Notes under the pieces: model-generated
Database searches by the model: none
What the model saw: the letters and a program-made list of their open reading frames with translations, nothing else
Told to the model about the DNA's origin: nothing
Shown: one piece after another, positions 10,681-22,944 of the stretch
Layout of the letters: every line of letters starts with the position of its first letter
How positions within the stretch are numbered: the first letter of the stretch is position 1
Source: Tubiluchus corallicola
Taxonomy: Eukaryota; Animalia; Priapulida
DNA: 64,000 nucleotides
Assembly: GCA_030141605.1 (NCBI GenBank)
Contig: JAQGDQ010000618.1
Span: 62,726-126,725, forward strand
Direction of reading: 5' to 3'
Made by a program: the position numbers and the translations under genes

Positions 10681-13600
10681 GTAAAAATGTAATAAATCTT
10701 TCTGGACAGTTAGAGCTTGCTGCATTTTGCATGCGTTCGTGAAAACTCTCCTCACTAAGCAGCGATTACATTATATTTGATAACTTTTGTAGGTTTCTAC
10801 TCCTCACACAATGGATTTTCATGTAAAATTGTATATCAAATGCATTTGCTTAACATTGACAAATTAAAAATAGATTTTTGACAAAAACATTGAAAAAAGT
10901 TTGCAGCGACTGCAGTGTTTACACTGTAGCAAAGTACAGCATCACTTGTGTGAAATCAACTAATGTAAAAAACTTCAGTTATCCAGGCGCAACACTCTGA
11001 TACACTTAGGTTTTAAATCTACTCTATTTTTAAGAAGAAATTCCTGTTAAAAGATCGAATGACCTTAATTTGCCCTTGGTTGTGTGGTTTTTCCTTCAGC
11101 TGTAGCGAGCAGGAGATCAATAAATTAGTTTGTACGATCATGCCAATGTACACCGGACTGAGCTACTCGATAGGCTAAGTTAGCAAGATTGAAGAATGGG
11201 CGTGTTTTTATTAATTTCACCCAATTAAAATCCTTATACATGTTTAAACAAATAGAATGATTGGATAGCCGAGATTCTCCTGAATAAAACAGTACCCATT
11301 TTCAATCATTCTGTTATTTATGTGCTCATACAGCGGCAGAAACGTCATAGGTCTTCTAAGATCTATTTTGAATAGTGTGGTTTTGAAGGAATTAATAACA
11401 GGGGTCAGGAAAAATCCTGGAAAATACAGGCTGTCCTGGAAAGTCATGAAAAAGTCAGGGAGGAAGATAATTTGATAAAAAGTCAGGGAAAATAATGAAA
11501 ATGGGATGAAAAGTCAGGGAAATTTGAAAGGCTTGCAAAAATAATCACGTGAACCGAAATTTTTCCAAACATATTTTTCAGCGATTTGCGTTCAAAAAAA
11601 ATTTTGCTATGGCAGACTCCCAGTTTCAATTTCTTTTCCATAAATAATAATTTGGCAACATTATGTATGAAGACATGTATGAATGTCCATACACAAAAAT
11701 GTGTGAATATGTATATTGGTAAAGCAATTTCTGCTTATCTTGGTCCATGAAAAATCAATATTTGGCCAGGGAAAAGTCAGGGAAATTAATTTTAAAATTC
11801 TGTGGGAACCCTGTAATAACCTCAGTAGCGATTTCATTTGATGGGATAGTAATGAGCAATGATGTTGCTTTTTACTAAAGATTGATTTCGCGTCTTGATC
11901 CACAATGATTTGTTCTAATGACAAGTAATGTGCGGGACTTAATCTGGTCTAATACCTAGTTATTATATAACTATAAACTGTTAGTAAACTCGTAGTTTTG
12001 AAAATTTTATTCTACTATTTTGCTTCGTTGCATTCAGTCCTTTCATATGCATGATACTTTTTCAGAGGTCAGACAAAGGCCAGTCCATCAAAAAGCACAG
12101 AGTCCAGTCCTTCGCCTAGCTTACGCAGCAGACGTGGACAACAGAAAGAATTACTATCGTCTGGGGATGCAAAGGTTAATTTACTTAGTTATTCAACAAT
12201 GTTTACATGTTTACTGCTTAAAGGACAAGAAAAAGGTCACCTGGAGTAGGTTTCAGAAAAATCGCCTTAAAATTTTTTACTACTTTACAGTAATTTTATG
12301 CATGTATCGTATTCACGTTGAAAGAAATTTTCGTTTGTTTTCATTTTAAATCTCCCGCAATACTGTTACGACGACGCCATTACATGATGTCACTACGCCA
12401 AGTAAATCAGGGGAAGAAAAGCCAATGTTAAATTATGACCAAAAAAACTTTCCGTGCAAATCTATATTACTTAGCATTTCACTTACCTGCTGGAAAGACT
12501 TATGTAACTAGACTAATAGCTTAAAATTTTTGTGCGAATTGGTAAAGTGTCGCTGACTCACCGTCTAGGGTGCGCAACTCACTGACCAAAAAGCGTATTT
12601 TTAATCTTCTTGACAAGCAGATAATTATACGGTAATTTAAAATTTTAGTTGAGTAGCAACATGTATGCTCAGATTATTTTTTCAAACTTTACTTAGTGTT
12701 ATCAAAACTTGTTTCAAACTACCTATTATTAAAATGGCTGCGCCTAACGGTTATCGCGGGAGTTTAAATTTAGACGTTTTATACAGCGTTAAAGCCGATG
12801 CAAGCCATGCATACGAAAATGTAGTATGTAAGTGGCATAAAATTTCGAGACGAGTTTTTTAAGCTTTATGTAAGTGGAGGGTTTTCTTGTGCTTTAAGTC
12901 AATTTTTAAATCATTGTTTTTTAAGTTAGACTGAATATTCAAAAGGTTTGAGTCTATAGCCAAAGAAGTTGCTATTTAGTTACCAACGTTTAATTAAGTA
13001 TAGTGAAATCTTCTTGTTTCTCATTGAGATATTTATTTGTTCTACTTTCACACTTTGTTCAAAAGCTTCTAAAGTGTGTGAGCTAGGATCAGTTAAGATG
13101 ACAGACTAAATGAAAATGTTAAAGTTTGCAAACAGTTACTATTTTCATTATCCGAACTGATGCGAATGTTCGACTCGAGCTTAGTTAACCCGTCTCGTCG
13201 ACTATAATCCAAAATTTCCAAATGTAGAACTTCTTAATTGGAAGAAATATTCCAGAATTCGCTATCCGCCAAAATCTGTATCCGTAGCAGCAGTACCGTT
13301 ACTGTAGTCATCAGTATTCAGATGTATTCTGGATAGCATGGATTATTGTTTTGTTGCCTAGCAGTCTGTTGTGTTGCATACTAATGCATTTGTCTAAATT
13401 TAGGATAAACAGTTTCTGCTTGGTGGCATCTTTGTGCTGAACAAAATAAAATAATTTTTTCTCCCGAATTGTTTGACACTTTTTTAACACAGGTTGTTCT
13501 GCAGAGAATTGAGAAGACCACCCCCAAGCGAGGTCGGGGCAAGAAGCCCGTAGAGGATGAACCTGTGTCCGACGAAGACGAGAGCGACGAAATCGTTACA

Positions 13601-16600
13601 CCTACGCGACGAGCTAGAGGAAAACGACAGAAAGAGGAGACATATGAAGAAGGCAGGGGCGATGAAAAAAGCACACCTACAACAAAAAGAGGACGTTCCA
13701 AACGGGCAACTCCAAAGAAAACTCCCTCCCCTAGAAAGTCTACTCCACGGCAGGGTGGCAGAAGGAAAAAAACTGAAGAAGAGGTAGAGGAGTCACCTGC
13801 AGAGGAGGAGGAAGAGGCTCCTGAAGCTCCTCGTAAGGTGGAAGAGTTGACTTCGCCACGCGGAGGACGTCCAAGCCGACGAAGCGCGGCCAGCGCAAAG
13901 AAAGCAATATCTGGGGCAAGTCCGTCTTCAAAGAGACCCAGCCGAGGTCGAGCAGCTAAAGTTGGGAGTACGGAACAAACGGAAGACGTTGTTGAAGGGG
14001 AACCTAATAAGGAGCCAAGTGAAAAAGCTGAGGAAGAAGAGGAGCATATAGAGATTCCAGAGGAAGAAAAAGAGGCTGTTGAAATTTCTGATGAAGAAGA
14101 AGAAGAAGGAGAAAAAGCAAATAAGGAAGTTGTTGATGTGGAAGCAGAAGAACCTACTGTATCAAGTAAAGCAGAACAAAAACTGCAAACAGAAGCTGAT
14201 AGTTTAAAGTTGCAGGAAGAAAGTAAAGAAGAACAAATAACAAGTCAGAAAGAAGAAGATTCAGCTATCAAGGCCGAAGTAGAACAAACAGATGTAACGC
14301 AAAAGAGTGCAAGTGAACGTAAATCAGATGCTGAGGCTGCTGAATCAGCAGATGTTGCATCTCAAGAAGAAATGCAGAAGAACATTGTAGATGAAGATGT
14401 AGTAGATCAAGCTGATACTGATGTAGCAGAACAACAGTTTGTAGAAAAAGAAAAATCTTCCTTGCCTGAGCCCAAAGTTTTAAGTGCTGTAGAGCAGGAA
14501 ACTGTATCTGAGGATGAGGTAATGGAAGTAGAAGCACCGGATGTTGTCAAACCTGGGGCAGAGAGTGAAGTCAAAACCAGGAAAGAAAAAGACGAAGAAG
14601 TTGCAAAACCAGAGCAGCTAGAAAAGAAAGCTCACGATGAAAAAACTGAAGAAGTTTCTGAGGATGTTGACGCACAGCGTGCCGGAGAACAAGACGTAGA
14701 CATGGAAACAGATGTTCACAGGTTAGAAGATGATTGGGAACTAATTACACGAGAAGAAATTGATGAGGTGAAAGCAGAAGAAACGAGACGGTCACAAACT
14801 TCCGCACCTACTGCAAACGATGTTGTTTCCAGCGAAAAAGAGGTGGATGATGAAGCAGTGTCTCCTAGAAAACGTGCGGTTGCAGACACCGATTTCGAGG
14901 ATCACCAGCAACAAAAGAAGCAACGTGTTGATGACGTTGGCGAAGAAACGGAACGAGAACGTGAAACGGACAACCGTGAATCATTCCAGGAAGAAATGGC
15001 TGTTTCAGAAAACCAGACAGATGCAATCGAACAACAACATTCCACAGAAATAAACGGTACGGAAAGTACTGCCGTGAAAACCGCAAGTTCAGACGACACG
15101 TACAAACGTGAATTTGTATTCAACAAGTTTTTCCCCAGTGCGTCTATTGTAAGTGCCGAAAAGAAACTTTCGGCTCTTTCCTTCGATGTAAATTGTGGTG
15201 ACGGAGAATTTGATGCGTTGAAAGTGCTTAAGGACTTGGAGTCATTGAACTCTGATATAATCTGCTTGCAAGAACTCAATGTGGTAGCGTCCAGCAGAGG
15301 AAAGCTTGACTCGGCGTTACGTTCTATGCATTATACAGGTAAGTAGACTATTCTCAGTTGCAGGTCAGTGCATTTTAGATATTTATTCATTTGAAACTGA
15401 TACTGAAGAAGTCGCTCGAAAAAATGCTGCAAAAAAATTTGTCGGTACGCATAAATTGTTTTTTTACGCAGCTGTACATTCTGCAATCCAGTACTATGCG
15501 TTAGGCCCTAATTAACAGCGATATTATTTGAAGCTGTATCATTAACAAAAATAATCCTGTAAGATTAGCCAGAGGCTTTGTAGCCACATCCTGATGTGCA
15601 CCTTGTTGTATAAGTTACCGGCCGGGAGCACCTGAAAAACGTATTGAGCCAGTTTTCAGGCTGTAATTTATCCACTTGCTAGCCAAGCGCACGCATTGAT
15701 ATACTGACCAGGCTTGGTGTTGCTTAACTTTGGCATTAAGTATACGCCTTGATCATGTGGCTATTTCCTTGCTCCAGTAATAACTGAAACATACGTCACT
15801 GCATTGTTTTCAGGCTGTAATTTCTCCATTTACTAGCCAAGCACACACATTGATATACTGACCAGACTTGGCGTTGCTTAACTTTGGCATTAAGTATACA
15901 CCTTGATCATGTGGCTATTTCCTTGCTCCAGTAATAACTGAAACATGCATCACTGCATTGTTTTCAGGCTGTAATTTATCCATTTACTAGCCAAGCACAC
16001 ACATTGATATACTGACCAGACTTGGCGTTGCTTAACTTTGGCATTAAGTATACACCTTGATCATGTGGCTAGTTCCTTGCTCCAGTAATAACTGAAACAT
16101 ACGTCACTGCATATGTTTTCGTTCATTTTTTCCTCAAATTATATGGAGGTCTATATCTTTTTTAGATCAAATAGTACAGAGTTCTCTTCTGATGTTTTTA
16201 CGAGTTCGAGATCTTCATTTACTCTAACTGTGTTCTCATTTTTTGGCAGGTTCATACTACATGGATTCACAGTTCAAAGACGGTGGTCTAGCCGTGTTCT
16301 TCAAGACTTCAGAACTGGAACAGGTTCAAGCTCAATCTCTGCCAATGCATTCTATCTTACAGGAAGTACGTACGCTACCAACGTTTGCCAGCTCGCTTCC
16401 TCGTGCATGTGGAACGTGATTTTAAGTTTTACACCTACATGTTTTTTTTTTTTTTTATACCTTAATATTTGAATGTGAAATTCATTTAATGTTTTCAGTA
16501 GGAATTTAATCAATACTGTTTTGTTTAAGTTTGTTAGTGCGTGGTAGCAGCAAGTTGAAAATATGTATTGTAACTGTTTCTGTGTCTAAGAAATTATTTG

Positions 16601-19600
16601 TACATGCAGCTTTGTATATGTGGTTTACATATCTGGACAAATTACTCATTACTCAAATTATGCATTTTTTATCATCTGTGACAGACAATCGCTTCAGTTA
16701 AAGGAACCATTGTTTTGTAAGAGTGGACGCTCTCTCATGATATGCTGTCGATGTTTACTTAGGCAAAAGAATTGAGTTTAAGTCGATATTTCACTGACCT
16801 GACCACGATGACTGCCACGTGAAACTTACAGTTTCGCAAATGGCAGCTTTGCATGGTCATAATCTGTGGCGTAGCCAAATAGGGGAGCGAAGGGAGCAAT
16901 CTCTTCCCCAAGCACATTTTTCAAAATTGGCTCTTTTTCAACAATTTTTTTAACTCTTTAGTTCACTTGTGCGATAAAAGTCGAATATTTTTTTTAATCG
17001 CGTGGCCTTGGAAGAATTTTCTGAAGTCATTACTTTATTTGACCAACCTGCCTCCTGTGCTTTTGAAATGAGTGCGTGTTTATGCAAGTCGTGTGTCAAG
17101 TTTGACTGATTGAACCAAGGGTCAAAATGCCCGGGGCTGGACATATCATTATTATAATATATTCTTACCACACAATTGTCTATAGTAGGTCTACTGTCAA
17201 TTAAGTACTTCTTTTAAACTGTGTTTTCCTCGTGTTTTGATTTTAAACACAAAATTAAAATGTATAATCAGTGTTAAAAATTGTCTGGCATGTGTCACAG
17301 CGCCTTTTTTGAGCTTGCTCCCCCTAACTTTAGAACCTGGCTACGCCCCTGTCACAGCGCCTTTTTTGTGCTTGCTCTCCCTAACTTAAGAACCTGGCTA
17401 CGCCCCTGTCACAGCACCTTTTTTGTGCTTGCTCTCCCTAACTTAAGAACCTGGCTACGCCCCTGTCACAGCGCCTTTTTTGTGCTTGCTCTCCCTAACT
17501 TAAGAACCTGGCTACGCCCCTGTCACAGCACCTTTTTTGTGCTTGCTCTCCCTAACTTAAGAACCTGGCTACGCCCCTGTCACAGCACCTTTTTTGTGCT
17601 TGCTCTCCCTAACTTAAGAACCTGGCTACGCCCCTGTCACAGTGCCTTTTTTGTGCTTGCTCTCCCTAACTTAAGAACCTGGCTACGCCCCTGTCACAGC
17701 GCCTTTTTTGTGCTTGCTCTCCCTAACTTAAGAACCTGGCTACGCCCCTGTCACAGCACCTTTTTTGTGCTTGCTCCCCCTAACTTTAGAACCTGGCTAC
17801 GCCCCTGTCACAGCACCTTTTTTGTGCTTGCTCCCCCTAACTTTAGAACCTGGCTACGCCCCTGTCACAGCACCTTTTTTGTGCTTGCTCCCCCTAACTT
17901 TAGAACCTGGCTACGCCCCTGTCACAGCACCTTTTTTGTGCTTGCTCTCCCTAACTTTAGAACCTGGCTACGCCCCTGTCACAGCACCTTTTTTGTGCTT
18001 GCTCCCCCTAACTTTAGAACCTGGCTACACCCCTGTCACAGTGCCTTTTGCTTCCACTAACTTTAGAACCTGGCTACACCCCTGTCACAGTGCCTTTTGC
18101 TTCAACTAACTTTAGAACCTGGCTACACCCCTGTCACAGTGCCTTTTGCTTCCACTAACTTTAGAACCTGGCTACACCCCTGTCACAGTGCCTTTTGCTT
18201 CCACTAACTTTAGAACCTGGCTACCACGCTTATTGTAATTGAAGTTTTGCATCTTCGAAGGCAATTACATGCATCAAACTAAAACTGTGCTGCTACTATT
18301 TAACTTTTTCTTGCGTCATCAGGTTTGATATATTCATCTGTTACATCTCTAGGGGTTAAACAGCAGCGGTTTGGAAGGTGAAACATGGCAAGCGGTACAA
18401 AAGTTTCTGAGCCAACCTTCCAGCAGCGTTGTGCAGTTTGTGAAGCTGAAATCACTCAAGTCTGGAGCGTGTGTTACTGTTGCTAATGTACACATGGATC
18501 AGAGCCGTATGAAGCTGCCAAACTTACAGACGTTACAGGTATGAAAACAGCGATTTGATGAGACTGGATAAGTGAACAGAATGATGTGATGATACTACAC
18601 GGCATGATAAGTGATGATACTACATGGCATGATAAGTGATGACTCTACACGGCATGATAAGTGAACAGAGTGATGTGATGATACTATACGGCATGATAAG
18701 TGATGATACTTCACGGCATGATATGTGAACAGAGTGATATGCTGATCAGTAACGGCACGTAGTTAAAATTACTTGGGGTGGGGCTTCAGAAAATTTTAGC
18801 CGTTGTTTTTTAACTGTTTAAACCGAAACAAACATATGTAATTTTAATGTTGTAATTTGTAATTGTAATTTTAAACAAACAAACACACGAAAATTTATAC
18901 ATGAACTTGATAAAATCCTAAAGAAAAAATATTGTTTGCTTACTAATAGCCTTAATTGTCGAATTTCAAGAATATGCCGGTACACGGATTTTAAGCACGT
19001 GACAACTGACAAAACAAATTGTGTGAGAAAACAGTACTCTTTCTACCTGAAAATGCATGGTCTCAGACATGTGCACATGGCCGCATGCCCACAACAGCCA
19101 AACACCATGTTGCTGGAGCTGTGAGCGCACTGTGCTGGGCTGTGAAGCAAACAGTACTATTCTCACGTACCCACAACAGCCAAACACTGTGTTGCTGGAG
19201 CTGTGAGCGCACTGTGCTGGGCTGTGAAGCAAACAGTACTACCCTCACGTGCCCAGAACAGCCAAACACCATGTTGCTGGAGCTGTGAGCGCACTGTGCT
19301 GTGCTGTGAAGCAAACAGTACTATTCTCACGTACCCACAACAGCCAAACACCGTGCTGCTGGAGCTGTGAGCGCACTGTGCTGGGCTGTGAAGCAAACAG
19401 TACTACCCTCACGTGCCCAGAACAGCCAAACACCATGTTGCTGGAGCTGTGAGCGCACTGTGCTGTGCTGTGAAGCAAACAGTACTATTCTCACGTACCC
19501 ACAACAGCCAAACACCGTGCTGCTGGAGCTGTGAGCGCACTGTGCTGGGCTGTGAAGCTAACAGTACTATTCTCACGTACCCACAACAGCCAAACACCGT

Positions 19601-22600
19601 GTTGCTGGAGCTGTGAGCGCACTGTGCTGGGCTGTGAAGCTAACAGTACTATTCTCACGTACCCACAACAGCCAAACACCATGTTGCTGGAGCTGTGAAC
19701 GTACTGTGCTGGGCTGTGAAGCAAACAGTACTACCCTCACGTGCCCACAACAGCCAAACGCCATGTTGCTGGAGCTGTGAGCGCACTGTGCTGGGCTGTG
19801 AAGCAAACAGTACTACCCTCACGTGCCCAGAACAGCCAAACACCATATTGCTGGAGCTGTGAGCGCACTGTGCTGGGCTGTGAAGCAAACAGTACTATTC
19901 TCACGTGCCCACAACAGCCAAACACCATGTTGCTGGAGCTGTGAGCGCACTGTGCTGGGCTGTGAAGCTAACAGTACTACTCTCACTTGCCCCCAACAGC
20001 CAAACGCCATGTTGCTGGAGTTGTGAGCGCACTGTGCTGGGCTGTGAAGCTAACAGTACTACTCTCAGGTGCTCTGGACCGTACAAGTATAAAGAAAGAA
20101 CGAAAGAAAAAATCTTATTATATTGAATATTATTGGTTATATTTAGTGAAAATAGGGGGTGCTGCAGTTCCACAATACCTATACACGAGCCACCACTGAT
20201 GATGATACTGTGTGATAGTGGTTGAACATCGATTTCATTTTCATAATCGATTTATCGAATTTAAATTGATTCAGTAACTCGATTATAATTGGTTTCTAGG
20301 GGGGAAAACTAATAATTTCGAAACCTTTAACAAATAACACTTTGAGTGTAACAGGTTTGCTATCCTTAGCCACTGCTGTTTTAATTACAGTGTTGATAGA
20401 AAAAGTAATCAGTATCAAGTTTTAAATGAAATAATTTTACTAGTTTGGAGTTTATTAAACTGTTGTTATCGTTTGCGTGCTTGTCCGTACTACAAAAACC
20501 ATTACCTGTACTCAAGAGAAGTTTCCGCAGTTTCTCCAAGACAGTAAGTTATTGTACAAAGATGACACCGTACGTCTTGATTTCACTAAAATGCTGACTG
20601 TGTTTACCGTGCGATTTTTGTGATTTTCTGAAAAGTAAGTGTAAATGGCATTGGTAATGCGATTGATTTACGTTGGGAGCTGAGAAAATTATCAACAATC
20701 AATAAAAGCCCAATTGATTAATAATCGATTAATCTGTCCCGCTTCTATGGTGAGGCAGTGAGTGAAATGATCTTATGATGCAGTGTGATACGGTGAAGTG
20801 TCATACAGGTGTGAACAAAGCAATCTTCTGATACGGTGTGACGTGGTGATGTGTCCTACAGATATAAACGAAGCAATCTTATGATACAGTGTGACATGGT
20901 GATATGTCATACAGATATAAATGAATCAACATTATGATACAGCGTGATATGGTGAAGTGTCATACAGGTGTGAACAAAGCAATCTATTGATATGGTGAAG
21001 TGTCATACGGTTATAAATGAAGCAATCTTATGATACAATGTTATACGGTGATGTGTCATACTGGTATAAACGAAGCAATCTTATGATGCAGTATCATATG
21101 ATGAATTTGCATATAGAGAGAGAGGAAGAGAGAATATCTATCTACTTCTACTTTTGTAAAACCTTTTAGGTGACTTACCTCTGACACAGCTGTACGATCA
21201 AATGAATTCATACTTGCATACCCTCAACCTATTCTAAAATAATGGTTGCTGTGCAGTGTGTGCAAGTGTGTGCAAGTGTGTGTAAGCATAATTCTAGGTT
21301 AGTGCCTGCAATCCTGGATGTTACTGAATTCTCGTTTGCTAGAAAGTGACAGAGGGCAGCAGTTTTCAGCTTGTATTTTTGTATAAAAATAAACTTTTTG
21401 TGTGTGAAAAGCAGAGACATTGTCGTTGCTGTTTGGTTCTATGGCATGATTTTTTATGCTTGCAAACTCAAACGTAAAGTGTACAGCATTTCATTCTGCG
21501 ATGTGCTATCACCTGTTCGTCTGCATATATGGAAGTTGTGCACGTCTGCTGTACAACTATTGTCATTCATGTTACCTACAAAACACTGCTCATACGGTTG
21601 CTTTATGTCTTACGTACAAAACACTACAAAGCTTCTGGAAAATCGTGTCTTCAGTTTATCCATGCTGCTAAACAAGAACAACTTCACACTCTCCTAGACA
21701 AACTTATTTTTTAACTTAGTAGGTTATCACTTTGATTCTTTATTATTCCTTTACACGAAATGCTTTTAAAATTGACATTGTCTAATTGACAAAACGGACA
21801 ATGATAGATACAGAATATGACTTGACATTGTTTTCATTTTTTTGCTTATGTTTGTTTGAGTTCTTGATTTGTATGTAATTATTAGTTTTGTTTTTTATGA
21901 GTTTAAATTTTCCGTTTTGTTTGCTAATTTAAATTTTGCATCTTCTCATTGCCAAATTTATTTACTGTTTCTAAATTTAAACTCATTTGAACTTGTTGCC
22001 TCTTTTGTTGTTTTGTTAAGTTGCTGATTATTTTCATTTCTACATACCTTACCTGACAGGTCACTTAATTTTCTTCAGTTTGGATAGGGGTGGTTGACTT
22101 GGTGACCCTTGGTCTTTTCGCCACCCTGTCTCTTTTCCGTCTTTATTTTAGTTTTTAGCTTTTGTTTATGTTTATTTTGTAACATTCAGAGACAAATAAA
22201 TTTTTTTACTTACTTGCTAGTATAAAGATTTACTGATTTTCTTTTCTCAGATCGCCTGCACTGTGAACAGTCTTGTACGTTTTGCTGGTTCCAACTCCGC
22301 TCCCATGATCTTGTGCGGCAATTTTGCCGTGAAGTCGGACAGCCCCGGATATCAGTTGCTCAGAGATGGCTACCTAAACACCGAGATGATCGAAAAACTT
22401 CAAACTGCACCTGACATTATTATTGGTGGCGAAGAGGTATTTAGTTGTTGCATGATTTGAATTTCAAATTTCATTTTTCTTATAATTATCGTGAAATCCA
22501 TATCGAAGATCCGTACACGTGCGTGATTTGATGCACGAGTGACGAACACTTGTTTAGTAAACTCTTATTGGTCGTCGTCGTGGCAACAGCTTTCTCACTG

Positions 22601-22912
22601 CGAGCATGATCGATGGTGCTAGCGGCATTTCCAAGTTGTAGCTTACATTACATTCTATTACCAGACGGTTTAGTCTAGTGGTAATGCGTCTGCTTTCCGT
22701 CTGGGAGGTCGTGAGTTCGAACCAGGCGCCGGTTCATACCAAAGACTTTAAAAATGGTACCTGCTGTTGCCCTGTCTGATGCGTGGTATTTAGGGTAGAA
22801 GTGGGGTAATAATAGTCTCTGTTATGTAGTTGTAGGTTGTTATTTACAGTTGGCGATAATAGCTCTTTGAGCAAATGTTAATTGTTGACCCAAAGGCCAA
22901 CTTTAAATAAAG

Positions 22913-22944
<32 letters not shown>

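Noticed and set aside
17281-18060. 259-aa ORF of 19-aa repeats
   Set aside because: Stop-free 57-bp minisatellite derived from a MITE end, inside an intron
19085-20068. CRISPR-like array or cluster of Cys-rich ORFs
   Set aside because: Units are contiguous with no unique spacers, in an intron of a eukaryotic gene; the ORFs are frame-cycling artefacts of an 82-bp repeat
22661-22735. tRNA gene
   Set aside because: A and B boxes present but no proper cloverleaf; continues into SINE core and tail
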